From NCBI GenBank assembly GCA_030586555.1, contig JAURAC010000025.1, positions 1 through 49,944 on the forward strand: a stretch of DNA of 49,944 nucleotides. Reading direction: 5' to 3'. Positions within the stretch are counted from its first letter, which is position 1; each line of letters begins with the position of its first letter. The notes below the pieces were generated by a model, which saw nothing but the letters and a program-made list of their open reading frames with translations, made no database searches and was not told the origin of the DNA. This document shows positions 27,981 to 37,721 of the stretch, piece after piece. This DNA comes from Candidatus Subterrananammoxibius californiae (GTDB lineage: Bacteria > Planctomycetota > Brocadiia > Brocadiales > Subterrananammoxibiaceae). The position numbers and the translations under genes were made by a program.

Positions 27981-29633
27981 CTACTCCGAGCTGAGAACTT
28001 TGAACTCTGAACTCTGAATTCGATAGATTGAGGCAAATTTAACATCATCTCCAACCTTTGCAAGGATTTCCTTCTTGCCATCGTAGGTTTTAAGGATGAA
28101 CTCTTCACCCGGACTCTCTGGCATAAAATCGGAGAAAACAATCAGATATTTAAATCCTTCTTTGTTGAGAAACCTTGCCATATCGGTTTCACTCAGGTTA
28201 CGATAGCGGTGGGTTGATATGAGCTCGTTTTTCCCGTACCTTGAGGATGCAACGAGAAGCTGGTAGTCTGGAGGAAGGGTAAGCTCCTCTGCCATTTTAA
28301 GCGCTTTGTTCATTGCATTGGGGCTGTCTTTACCAAATCGCCTTTGAAGTGCAGAGTCTATAATGGACTTTTGCCATTCCTTTGCCAGTATAAGAACCTT
28401 TTCATTTTTATTCATTATTTTGTCAATAACTTGGGAAGCAAGGTAACTGACCTTAGGACCCGGCTCAGAACTCCGAGCATAAACCTCATCATAAGCCATC
28501 TTTAGTGGAAATGAAATAATGATTAATAGCATAAGTACAGTTATGATGCCCTTGGTAGAGACGCAATATGTTGCGTCTCTACAGATATGCTGGGTATACT
28601 CTACAGTTAGATTGTAAACCCATCTAAAAATCTTATCCATTCCAAAAGCAGCGCATATAAGAAATAGACACAGGGGCACATGCACCTCTCGTTCAGTAAC
28701 GAGGTTTGAACCCGGGGGGTAGTCATGTCCCCAGATGGTAAGTATCGTTAAAAATAGCATGAAGAAACCTGCAATGGCTAATAATCGTTTATCCCGTCTC
28801 TTTTCGCTAAGCAGTATGATTACAAGACCAATAAAACCAAGAAATGCAACCGCAGGGGTACTTACATAAATGGTTTTTGCTACGATATAAGGTATTCTGA
28901 GAAGGCGTGCAAATGTAAATTCATTGTCAAGTACAAATGTACCTTCGGGATTCAGCCCCCTGTTCCATAGCAACCACAGTATAGGAACCCAGCAAAAAAA
29001 GATGGTCGTATAAATAGTCTTCTTAAGATTAATACTCCAGTTGGTTCTGGTTAATCCATGTAAAAAAGTAATGGCTACAATAAATAATGCAGCCATCCAA
29101 CCTTCGTAGCGCGTTAAACACGCCATGCTAATAAAGAAAGAGGAGATATATCGGTCTGAACTACTCCTGCCCCTTATTAAAAAATATCCACCAAGAAAGA
29201 GAGAAGCGAGCATAAGTATTTCTTGATATGGCACTATTGAATTTACAAGAATAAAGGGGTTAACGATGAACAGAAGCGCCGCCAGTCTTGCAACGTTTTT
29301 ATCAAACAGTTTCGTCACCAATAAATAAAGACCGCAACCTGCCACTGACCCTATAAGGACCATAAGGAAGCGTAGCATGAATGGGTGAGATGATATTTTG
29401 GATGTCAGAAAGATGAGGAATTGGAGTAAAGGCAGATTATAACCAATAATTATCTTATCTGTATGAACCAGACGTACGATAGGGTCCCCACCGTACATGG
29501 CTGGATATGAGATTATTAACCAAAGGCGTACTAATAATCCGAAAAGAAAGACCCATGACAGGTCAAAAACGACAACCCTTTCTTTTATTTTTACGCCCAG
29601 AGATTGTACGGCTTGTGCAACCGTCACATCCAT
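27981..29633 (-). CDS. GT-C-like membrane glycosyltransferase
   Basis: YGGD, LPLLQ, SIVPYQE, ACLTRYEGW; multiple TMs; likely start MDVT at 29633. Confidence 0.75.
   Translation of the reverse strand: MDVTVAQAVQSLGVKIKERVVVFDLSWVFLFGLLVRLWLIISYPAMYGGDPIVRLVHTDKIIIGYNLPLLQFLIFLTSKISSHPFMLRFLMVLIGSVAGCGLYLLVTKLFDKNVARLAALLFIVNPFILVNSIVPYQEILMLASLFLGGYFLIRGRSSSDRYISSFFISMACLTRYEGWMAALFIVAITFLHGLTRTNWSINLKKTIYTTIFFCWVPILWLLWNRGLNPEGTFVLDNEFTFARLLRIPYIVAKTIYVSTPAVAFLGFIGLVIILLSEKRRDKRLLAIAGFFMLFLTILTIWGHDYPPGSNLVTEREVHVPLCLFLICAAFGMDKIFRWVYNLTVEYTQHICRDATYCVSTKGIITVLMLLIIISFPLKMAYDEVYARSSEPGPKVSYLASQVIDKIMNKNEKVLILAKEWQKSIIDSALQRRFGKDSPNAMNKALKMAEELTLPPDYQLLVASSRYGKNELISTHRYRNLSETDMARFLNKEGFKYLIVFSDFMPESPGEEFILKTYDGKKEILAKVGDDVKFASIYRIQSSEFKVLSSE
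28555..28582. repeat. GTAG-type REP-like palindrome, in frame
   Basis: gtagagacgcaatatgttgcgtctctac encodes CRDATYCVST. Confidence 0.9.
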
Positions 29634-30688
29634 AATATATCCCTCATTCTCCACCTTAAGGAACAAACGCACCTTTTGCACACAGGGTTCCCAGACTTCC
29701 TTAAATTTCTTCTAAGCCTTTTCAATGCCACTGAATTTGCAATCTGTTCAATAGGGCTATCTTTTATATTCCCTATTTGAGGGAGAAAAAAACACGGTTT
29801 TACTGCCCCATCTGCCTCTATTACCAGAGATATCCATGGTGCATTACAGCGTACTGTAGGAAATTCATACATTCCAATCATGGCGGCATAGTATTGATGC
29901 AGCCTGAGTAATTTTTCAGGGCTCTCTATTATAAATCTGGATTGAAAATCTTGAGGATTTGATTTAACGAAGTCATTCAAGATGTTTTTGAAAATATCCA
30001 GGTCGTTCTTATCTAATAAGATTTCTTCCTTTGCCAGATTTTGTCTTTGCCCATTTCTTCCAAAAGCTGACGAAGTAACGTCTGCAGGAAGGAAGGATAT
30101 ATGGTCAAATCCAATCTCCTTTGCCTTTTTAACTATGTCAGGTAGGTCGGCATAGTTCTTTTTCTGAATAACGCTCCTTCCAATGATGTCTATGTTGCAA
30201 GCGTTGTTTTTCAGCTTATTAATTCCTGCTGCAATCTTCTCTAAGGTGTTAACCCCGCGTATCTTTTTGAGTACACGGTCATTGCTTCCGTCAAAGGACA
30301 CAAATACCTCTGGGAAACATGCGCTAACCTGTTCAGCAAACTTCTCAAGGAGAAGCCCGTTAGTTAACAAAGCCAGCTTTATCCCTTTACGACGAAAAAG
30401 TTCGCAAATTTTAAAGATTTCTGGGTGTAACAGGGGCTCTCCGCCAGAGAATATTGCCTCTTTCGTTCCAAGCCTTCTTAATGATTCGGTAAGCCTATTT
30501 ATCTCTTCGAGTTTAAGTTCTCCATCACCCTCAGCCTTTTCCCATATACTGCACGTCAAACATCGAGAGTTACAGCGCCCCGTTGGATGAAAAATAACAA
30601 GGGGCAGCGTAAAGCTCTTGTGAGTTGCAAGATTTAGTAAGAACTTTAAATTTGTAAGTTGGCGAAGTAAAGACATTTTGTTGCACAA
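29624..30688 (-). CDS. Radical SAM protein with SPASM/twitch domain
   Basis: CNSRCLTC, SGGEPLL, TNG; C-terminal CNAPW..DGAVKPC..GN..CKRCVC. Confidence 0.92.
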   Translation of the reverse strand: MCNKMSLLRQLTNLKFLLNLATHKSFTLPLVIFHPTGRCNSRCLTCSIWEKAEGDGELKLEEINRLTESLRRLGTKEAIFSGGEPLLHPEIFKICELFRRKGIKLALLTNGLLLEKFAEQVSACFPEVFVSFDGSNDRVLKKIRGVNTLEKIAAGINKLKNNACNIDIIGRSVIQKKNYADLPDIVKKAKEIGFDHISFLPADVTSSAFGRNGQRQNLAKEEILLDKNDLDIFKNILNDFVKSNPQDFQSRFIIESPEKLLRLHQYYAAMIGMYEFPTVRCNAPWISLVIEADGAVKPCFFLPQIGNIKDSPIEQIANSVALKRLRRNLRKSGNPVCKRCVCSLRWRMRDILWM

Positions 30689-30720
30689 ACCTGTCCTTTT
30701 GGAAGAAGTGCAGGGTGAGT

Positions 30721-31131
30721 CTATTTTGCCGGCGTTTTAAAAGTGGATGGTTCGGAGACTTTCCAATTTTTATTTGCATCTACACTTGCCGTCCAGTAGT
30801 AATACAGTGTTGATGGTAATAACCCGGTGATTTTAAAACTGTGGGTTGTAGTGAATTCTTCAGATATAATATATTTCGAATCCTTAGACACTTTATCTAT
30901 GACGTCCCAAACTATTTCACCCCTGGCAGGTTCGTCAGTCTCCCAGCTTATTTTTGCGCTTGTTTCTGTTATGTCAAATAACTTAACGTTAGAAATAACG
31001 GGAGAGGTTGTGTCTTCAACCTTTAATCTCTTTTCTTCACTATTACCCCAAGCCACAATGCTGCAGCAGGTAAGTCCCAAGACAATTGACAGAACCATTT
31101 CAGTTAAAGGTTTTCTATTAATAACTTTCAT
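30721..31131 (-). CDS. Small exported fibronectin type III-like domain protein
   Basis: N-terminal signal; DTTSPVISNV, SAKISWETDEPA, HSFKITGLLPSTLYYY. Confidence 0.8.
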   Translation of the reverse strand: MKVINRKPLTEMVLSIVLGLTCCSIVAWGNSEEKRLKVEDTTSPVISNVKLFDITETSAKISWETDEPARGEIVWDVIDKVSKDSKYIISEEFTTTHSFKITGLLPSTLYYYWTASVDANKNWKVSEPSTFKTPAK

Positions 31132-31203
31132 TTTACATTCCTTTCCACATAAAAATACCTATTTACAAAAAGATTTAATTCCCCATTAACATTTTAGATT
31201 GCC

Positions 31204-32046
31204 TCAAATCCTCTCCAATTCAAGCAAAACATGGTCAGCCATATTATAGAAAGGGAATTTGTCTTCCGAAAGCCTTTCGGCAATTTTTATCCAGGAAAAC
31301 ACCGCTTTATAACGGTTGTAAATTTCTTTCAAATAAGGAGGTGGCAAGAAGATTCCGAGTCCCAGAACGTGTTTTACCTTAAACCCTTTATTGAAAAAAC
31401 CTATAAATTCCGCTGGAAAGTGATAATACGTAGCGACATCACGTGATGCAAGTTTTACCGGGAGTCCGTTCTTTCTGCTTCTTCTCAGCGCCTCCCTGAA
31501 TCTCCCTTTAAGTGTGTAATAGACAGTTTCCCACAAGCAAAATCTATTCATTACATTTGCCAGCATAATGCCATTAGGCTTTAATAATCTGGCACAGCAT
31601 TTAGCAACAGGTTTTAAATCTTTGACGCAATTTAATGAGCCAAAGTTGGAGAGAATGCCGTCAAAACTCTCCTCGCCAAACTCATATAACAATGTATTAA
31701 TACCTTCCCATTTCATAACCCTTGTCTTAACGAGGTTACTCAGGCGGAATCTTTCCACCTTCTTGCTTGTAACTTCAATCATGCCCGTAGAGATGTCTAT
31801 GGCTACAACAGAAATCCCATTTTGTGCTAAAAAAATCGTATCAATCCCTGACCCACAGCCTGCGTCAAGTACGACACTGCCGGGAGGGAAATAAGATAAT
31901 AGTCTTTCCCACACTATGTTACGCATCCAGATGCCTATCTCGTTACTTCCGAAGTCTTCGTCATAGGCGCTGGATATGCCATCAAACCCTTTTCTGGTAG
32001 ATTGGAGGTGCTCTTCAACGTCCTCACTCAGGCTGAATGTTTGCAT
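31204..32046 (-). CDS. Class I SAM-dependent methyltransferase
   Basis: VLDAGCGSG, AIDISTGM, SNFGSLNC. Confidence 0.9.
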   Translation of the reverse strand: MQTFSLSEDVEEHLQSTRKGFDGISSAYDEDFGSNEIGIWMRNIVWERLLSYFPPGSVVLDAGCGSGIDTIFLAQNGISVVAIDISTGMIEVTSKKVERFRLSNLVKTRVMKWEGINTLLYEFGEESFDGILSNFGSLNCVKDLKPVAKCCARLLKPNGIMLANVMNRFCLWETVYYTLKGRFREALRRSRKNGLPVKLASRDVATYYHFPAEFIGFFNKGFKVKHVLGLGIFLPPPYLKEIYNRYKAVFSWIKIAERLSEDKFPFYNMADHVLLELERI

Positions 32047-32938
32047 AGATACTTTTTAACCTTTTTTGAAATTCCAAAAGAATACTCTCCCTGTGCCCAT
32101 GGCCATGAAACCTCAATTCCACTTCATTTATGGCATTTGTAAAGGTTTCCTGGTCAAGTTCAGAATTAAAGATTTCATGATGAACATGCAATCGGGATTT
32201 TAGAATAGTCTTGAAGATTTTTTCCAGTTTGTCTCCTACGGCTCCCGTTAATAACCTTTCGAGAACCCTTTTTAGGGTTTTCGGTAAACGGTGTTGGAGA
32301 ATTTCTATTCCCCAGTTCAAATTACAGTTAAAGTTTGGCAGATAGTCAGTAACCCACCCGTTAAGTTTGAGAAAATCTTTGTAATAAGAAAACCCTATTA
32401 ACGGCTTGGCTTGGGCAATCTCTCTGGCAGTAAAAAAATCTCTCCTTCTGAGAGGATAATGACCAATAGAAAGATAATAATTAGGACAAAACATTCTGCC
32501 CTTGGTTAATCTTCCAAGCGTACCAAGAACTGCGAAAACCATCCATAATCTTTTTTCTTCAGTAAATACAAAAAAATCTATGTCGCCCTTAGCTCTTGAG
32601 TTGTTCATTGCTAACGAACCTGTAATGGCAACGGCTTTAACGAAAGGTACATATTGGATGAGGCTGGCTACAAATCGTGCCTTCTTCCATAGAATCTCTG
32701 AACGTTGAAGGCACATCTTCCTGATATCAACAATACGGTCCCTTCCTTTAAAACAGTAACAACCGTTTTTCTCAACTATTTTTTCTTTTAACAAACTGTC
32801 TGTTTCAAATACGGTTTTTACCTCGTCCAAGGTGCATTTAACAGGCGCAAATTGCCATACCTCTTCTATTGTGAGGGGATGGTCAAACATGTCACCATAT
32901 AGAATTGGTTCGAGTAATCTTGAAGAATCCATAATCAA
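32024..32938 (-). CDS. Nucleotidyltransferase-fold protein
   Basis: AVAITGSLAMNNSRAKGDIDFFV (GSx10DxD), FCPNY, FTAREI. Confidence 0.8.
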   Translation of the reverse strand: MIMDSSRLLEPILYGDMFDHPLTIEEVWQFAPVKCTLDEVKTVFETDSLLKEKIVEKNGCYCFKGRDRIVDIRKMCLQRSEILWKKARFVASLIQYVPFVKAVAITGSLAMNNSRAKGDIDFFVFTEEKRLWMVFAVLGTLGRLTKGRMFCPNYYLSIGHYPLRRRDFFTAREIAQAKPLIGFSYYKDFLKLNGWVTDYLPNFNCNLNWGIEILQHRLPKTLKRVLERLLTGAVGDKLEKIFKTILKSRLHVHHEIFNSELDQETFTNAINEVELRFHGHGHRESILLEFQKRLKSIYANIQPE

Positions 32939-32949
32939 GAACGTTTAAT

Positions 32950-33006
32950 TTGTTTTATTGTTCAATTAGTTTTATTAGTTTCAACCAATCCAACTAATAA
33001 AACTAC
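32950..33006. repeat. Intergenic AT-rich inverted repeat array
   Basis: tagttttattagtt pairs with aactaataaaacta. Confidence 0.65.
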
Positions 33007-33013
33007 TTATTGC

Positions 33014-34417
33014 CTATTTACTAAACTGGTGTCCAGTAATAAACATACCTGTTTTACAAATCAGTATCTTTATGAATGTTGTAACAAACTTTGTTATGTT
33101 TTTCCTCTTATCTTTCAGGAGATTTTGCCATGGAAGGATGTTGTTTATCAGCCTTATAGCAAACCAATAAAATATGTTAGGATACCTCCCCTTAAACGCA
33201 AGCCTGTTTTCGTTCCTTTGTTTCCATTCTAACTGCGTAATAATTTTACTTTCGACAGACTTGTAGAATTCCGTCCCCTTAATCGGAAAGGCAACCGCAC
33301 TACCGCAATAGTCAGGTTCTAACCTCTTTAACATATCTATGGTCTTTTCGATGTCTCTTACTTCTTCTCCTGGATAGCCAATCATAATGAAAAATCCAAT
33401 CTCTATACCAGCTTCCTTTGTCAGCCTTCCAGCTCGAAAAATATCTTCAACCGTGAAATTTTTCTTCATGCTGTCGAGAACCCTCTGTGAACCGGATTCA
33501 CTGCCGTACCAAATCCTGAAGCATTTTATAGACTTCAAGGCTGCCAGTACCTCTTCGTCTACTAAATCAACCCTTGCGAGACATTCAAAAGGAATCGCGA
33601 TGTTCTTCTCTTTGACCTTTGAACTGAATTCAAGTATCCAATCCCTTTTTAAGGTCAAGATGTCATCGGCAATCCAGAGTTGGTCTGGATTATATTTTTC
33701 CTTTATCAACTGCATCTCCTCGATAACCTTCTCAATCTTTCTCTTCCTGTAAATACTGCCAAAAACTTCTTTTGAACACCATGTGCAGGTATAGGGACAG
33801 CCTCGTGCAGTTAGAATCTGGATGGAGGAAACCCCGTGCCTTCCCTTCCACGCATTCATATAATCTTGTATATTTATGGATTCCCTGTCAGGGAATGGTA
33901 TCGTATCGAGGTCTTCTATCAGCTTTCGGTCCTTAGTCCTGACTATGCGCCCATCTTTTTTAAAGATAATGCCATCTATTTGATGTAACTGTGTACTATC
34001 AGATAAGTTATTGAGATTGAGAAGTGCCTCGACGGTAAGTTCGCCTTCCCCACGTACTATCACATCAACGCCCGATGCAAAATACGCATCTATATCAAGC
34101 ACAGGCCCGGGACCGCCAACTAATACAGCAGTGTGTCCGCCTGAGGTAGATTTTGTCAATGCGGACATCTGGAGAGCGGTTTCTTTTGTAATTACATTGG
34201 CGTAAATACCAACGGCTTTTGGTTTTAGTTTTTCGAGGGTAGTGCGAAACTTGGGGATACTACTAAAGGTTCCATCAAAAATGTCTACATGGTGTCCCTT
34301 TGATTTCAAATACGAGGAAATATACTGAATCCCGAGCGGCGCATAAGGCTTCATTACTCTTTGCTCGTTTAAATCATTACTCAACAAATACGAATTTACT
34401 AAAAGAATCTTGCTCAT
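33014..34417 (-). CDS. Cobalamin-binding radical SAM protein
   Basis: PYAPLG, VGGP, GEGE, ARGCPYTCTWC, GSESG. Confidence 0.93.
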   Translation of the reverse strand: MSKILLVNSYLLSNDLNEQRVMKPYAPLGIQYISSYLKSKGHHVDIFDGTFSSIPKFRTTLEKLKPKAVGIYANVITKETALQMSALTKSTSGGHTAVLVGGPGPVLDIDAYFASGVDVIVRGEGELTVEALLNLNNLSDSTQLHQIDGIIFKKDGRIVRTKDRKLIEDLDTIPFPDRESINIQDYMNAWKGRHGVSSIQILTARGCPYTCTWCSKEVFGSIYRKRKIEKVIEEMQLIKEKYNPDQLWIADDILTLKRDWILEFSSKVKEKNIAIPFECLARVDLVDEEVLAALKSIKCFRIWYGSESGSQRVLDSMKKNFTVEDIFRAGRLTKEAGIEIGFFIMIGYPGEEVRDIEKTIDMLKRLEPDYCGSAVAFPIKGTEFYKSVESKIITQLEWKQRNENRLAFKGRYPNIFYWFAIRLINNILPWQNLLKDKRKNITKFVTTFIKILICKTGMFITGHQFSK

Positions 34418-35465
34418 AGTCTTTCTTCAACTTCTTCTTCTTTACAAGATAGCTAAACGATGAAAACACAAAAGAAAAACCGCTATACAAATAGTAAAGC
34501 AGATGAAGAGGAATTACCTGCAGCACAAAAAAGACGCCTCTTTTATTGATAAAAAAACCATAAAAATCCTTATGAAGTAAGTAAAACACCGAGAAAAGCA
34601 GGATAAAAGAATACCTTCCCCACAGTGTCCATACAAACGGGACACTGCATGTTAATAACATGGCTACAAAAAGACTTATTTTGTTGCCTGTTTTTGTATT
34701 GAGGTCGTTAACAGTGTTGCCACTGCCGAGTATTAACATCGTCCATGGGATTGCCCGTCCAAAAATATCAGATGCCAAAAGTCCTAAAAAGGTATATTTC
34801 TTAAGGTGTTTTACCTGTAAGGATTTGTCTAAGTATATGGAATGGCTCATCCGGTTAGAAATTGCTTTATTTCTAACGGGGTGAGCAGCCTTCAACCTGT
34901 AACCGAGTTCTATGTCTTCTATGAACCTAAAATTTTCATTAAATCCACCGAACTTTATAAATACGTCCCTTTTTATGGCACCACAACCACACCAGAACGT
35001 CGAGGCATCTTTCTTTCCATGCTGGTGAATGTAATGATGAAAGAGATTTTTATACTGCGATAAGAAATTGGGTGCACCTGGTTCATCATCATAAGAACCA
35101 AAAAGAGCATCTATTGCGGGCATTTTCTCAAAATCTTCTATTACCCTCGTAATAGTATCAGGACGTATGGCAACATCAGCATCTATAAAGAGTAAAATCC
35201 GTCCTTTGGAAACTTCAACCCCTCTATTGCGTGCATAGGCTGGACCATAGGTTTTTGGGAGGATTAAAACGTTTACCTGAAATCGATTTATCATTAACAG
35301 CGTGTCATCTTTAGAACCATCGTCAACTACTATGCATTCAAAGTCCCGGCAAGTTGAACTAAAAATGGCTTCCAGGCATGTACGGATGTGTTCACTACCA
35401 TTAAAGACTGGAACTATTACCGATACGGTTGGATTATTTACCATCTGCTTATCAGAAGTAGCCAA
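34377..35465 (-). CDS. GT2 glycosyltransferase with C-terminal TMs
   Basis: VIVPVFN, VDDGSKD, ARNRG, FIDAD, EDIELGYRL. Confidence 0.92.
   Translation of the reverse strand: MATSDKQMVNNPTVSVIVPVFNGSEHIRTCLEAIFSSTCRDFECIVVDDGSKDDTLLMINRFQVNVLILPKTYGPAYARNRGVEVSKGRILLFIDADVAIRPDTITRVIEDFEKMPAIDALFGSYDDEPGAPNFLSQYKNLFHHYIHQHGKKDASTFWCGCGAIKRDVFIKFGGFNENFRFIEDIELGYRLKAAHPVRNKAISNRMSHSIYLDKSLQVKHLKKYTFLGLLASDIFGRAIPWTMLILGSGNTVNDLNTKTGNKISLFVAMLLTCSVPFVWTLWGRYSFILLFSVFYLLHKDFYGFFINKRGVFFVLQVIPLHLLYYLYSGFSFVFSSFSYLVKKKKLKKDYEQDSFSKFVFVE
34845..34886. repeat. 42-bp intragenic palindrome (ATTTCTAACGGGG family)
   Basis: gctcatccggttagaaattgctttatttctaacggggtgagc encodes AHPVRNKAISNRMS; half copy at 16645-16657. 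Confidence 0.85.
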
Positions 35466-35489
35466 CGGACTTTATCTCCGTTGATTTCA

Positions 35490-35506
35490 ATCCGCCTGAG
35501 GCGGAT
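35490..35506. repeat. Intergenic TCCGCCTCAGGCGGA-family palindrome
   Basis: atccgcctgaggcggat with perfect 7-bp arms. Confidence 0.8.
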
Positions 35507-35642
35507 AAATATCGTTATCTACCATCTGCCGTCTCGCAGAGATATGTATTTGCACATAAATCATTATACTTTAAAATAACATCAAAAATTATAGCAAAAA
35601 ACAATCCACGGTTCAAACATTTTTTCCGTGCGGATTTTCCTT

Positions 35643-35672
35643 TTGACTTTTCATCACTTGTTTTGATAGTAT
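35643..35672 (+). promoter_or_regulatory. Putative sigma70 promoter for the rightward operon
   Basis: TTGACT-18 nt-TAGTAT with extended -10 TG, in the divergent intergenic region. Confidence 0.5.
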
Positions 35673-35765
35673 GAAAGGAGTTTGAGATTCCCAGGTTACA
35701 GGTTTGCGAGTTTGGAATAAATATCTTTTACTCTCAACCCTCAAGCCCTCAACTCTTATAATAAT

Positions 35766-37658
35766 ATGCCAAGTACAAAAAAACATACCCTGTATCTCTT
35801 ATTAGTTATTGCTGTTTCATCATTTGTTTATCTTAACTCTCTCAAGAATGACTTTGTATTTGACGATATAGGGCTTGTGAAGGACAATAACGTTATTTAC
35901 AACCTCAAAAACATCCCATATACCATAAAGCACATGTACAGGCCTGTAAGGGTTATATCATATACCATTGATTACCACCTTTCCGGGCTTAACCCACTGG
36001 GTTATCATATCTCAAATATCATTTATCATGCAATCACCTCCGTCCTTGTTTATTTAGTTGTTTATTTGATTACAAAAAACCTCTTAACTCCCAACTCCAG
36101 ACTTCTAACACCTCTTTTCGCAGCCCTTATTTTTGCATCACATCCTATTCACACTGATTCAGTTGCCTATATATCTGGAAGGAGGGATATATTATCAACG
36201 TTGTTCTTCTTACTCGGGTTTTATTATTTTCTAAGGTACAGGGCAAACGTCAAATGGATATATATGGCACTTGCGACTATGTCCTTTATCCTCGGCATAT
36301 TCTCCAAGGAGATGGCTGTTACTTTACCCCTAATTTTCCTTGCGTATGACTTTTACATGCACTTTAACACCAGGGAAACAAGAATCAACCTTTCGTTCTT
36401 TAAAGATATAGGGTTGACCTTAAAAACCATATTCCTCAAATACAAGTATCTTTACATACCTTTCATTGTGGCAGGAATAGCATTCTCTTACTATGCGGTT
36501 TTTATCTTAAACGCTTCAAGGAGGGTGAACTGGTACGGAGGTAGCATTCTGCTGAATTTCATTACCGTTGCCAGAATCTGGATAAATAGTATTAAATTAT
36601 TATTTTATCCAGTAACGTTAAATGCCGATTATTCATTTAATGCCTTTCCAATTTCCAGAACATTGTTTGAACCGAGGAGCCTGCTTTCTCTGGTGGCTTT
36701 AGCGATGATATTTTATGGAATTTTAAGACTTTTGTTGTATTCAATAAATTACAAGACTATTGCCTTTTGTGTCGTATGGTTCTTTATTACAATGCTTCCC
36801 GTAAGCCATATTATCCCCCATCATGAGCTATTTGCCGAGCACTATTTATATTTACCATCTTTAGGATTCTGTCTCTTAATCGCCTTATTAATTGACAAAT
36901 TATTTAATATTCAGAAATACAAATATATCTTCTATGCGCTCCCTGTTATTGCTGTTATACTATGCTCATACAGGACAATAGAACGCAATAAGGACTGGAG
37001 GGATGACTACACCCTGTGGAAAAAGACGTGCGAGACAGCGCCAGATTGTGCCAGGGCGCATAACAATTTTGGAACCGTATATTTTGAAAAGGGCATGATT
37101 GACAATGCAATAGTGGAACACGTGAGAGCTACTGAAATCAATCCAATTTACTCGAAAGCCTTTGCCAACCTGGGCGCTGATTATGTAAGAAAGGGCATGT
37201 TCGATGACGCCTTAGCAACGAGCAAAAAAGCAATAGAAATTAACGCAGAGAACGCACCCGCATATAATACACTTGGAGCCTCCTATTTCAGTAAAGGGAT
37301 GTTTGATGAAGCAATAGAGGCATACAGAGCGGCATTAACAATTAATCCTGATTATTCAGGGGCGCATTTAAATCTGGGAAGCGCCTATTTAAGCGCTGGC
37401 ATGATTGACGAGGGTATCTCTGCATGTGAGAAGTCAATCAAGCTTAATCCTGATATTCCAGAGGCACATTCCAATCTGGGTACAGCATTTATGAATAAAG
37501 ACATGCTTGACAAGGCTATAGAAGAGTTTAAAATGGCGTTAAGGTTGAGGCCAAATTATGTAAAAGCTCGAAGAAATCTTGGAATTGCATACAAGAAAAA
37601 GGGATTAGTAGCAGAAGCAGAACGTGAATTTGCAATTGCCTCCGAGGGTACACCGTAG
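35766..37658 (+). CDS. TMTC-like membrane glycosyltransferase with TPR repeats
   Basis: FVFDD, YRP, HPIHTDSVAYISGR, LNADYS, AEHYLYLPSLG, then about 6 TPRs. Confidence 0.88.
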   Translation: MPSTKKHTLYLLLVIAVSSFVYLNSLKNDFVFDDIGLVKDNNVIYNLKNIPYTIKHMYRPVRVISYTIDYHLSGLNPLGYHISNIIYHAITSVLVYLVVYLITKNLLTPNSRLLTPLFAALIFASHPIHTDSVAYISGRRDILSTLFFLLGFYYFLRYRANVKWIYMALATMSFILGIFSKEMAVTLPLIFLAYDFYMHFNTRETRINLSFFKDIGLTLKTIFLKYKYLYIPFIVAGIAFSYYAVFILNASRRVNWYGGSILLNFITVARIWINSIKLLFYPVTLNADYSFNAFPISRTLFEPRSLLSLVALAMIFYGILRLLLYSINYKTIAFCVVWFFITMLPVSHIIPHHELFAEHYLYLPSLGFCLLIALLIDKLFNIQKYKYIFYALPVIAVILCSYRTIERNKDWRDDYTLWKKTCETAPDCARAHNNFGTVYFEKGMIDNAIVEHVRATEINPIYSKAFANLGADYVRKGMFDDALATSKKAIEINAENAPAYNTLGASYFSKGMFDEAIEAYRAALTINPDYSGAHLNLGSAYLSAGMIDEGISACEKSIKLNPDIPEAHSNLGTAFMNKDMLDKAIEEFKMALRLRPNYVKARRNLGIAYKKKGLVAEAEREFAIASEGTP

Positions 37659-37721
37659 CCTGGTTTTTAAATGAGTTTTTTTTATAAAAGGGTAAGTTAA
37701 TCCACCGATAGGAAACATGCA

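Noticed and set aside
29624..31131. RiPP system with SPASM maturase and small precursor
   Set aside because: The neighbouring small ORF is an exported FN3-like domain; no RRE, peptidase or precursor-like peptide seen
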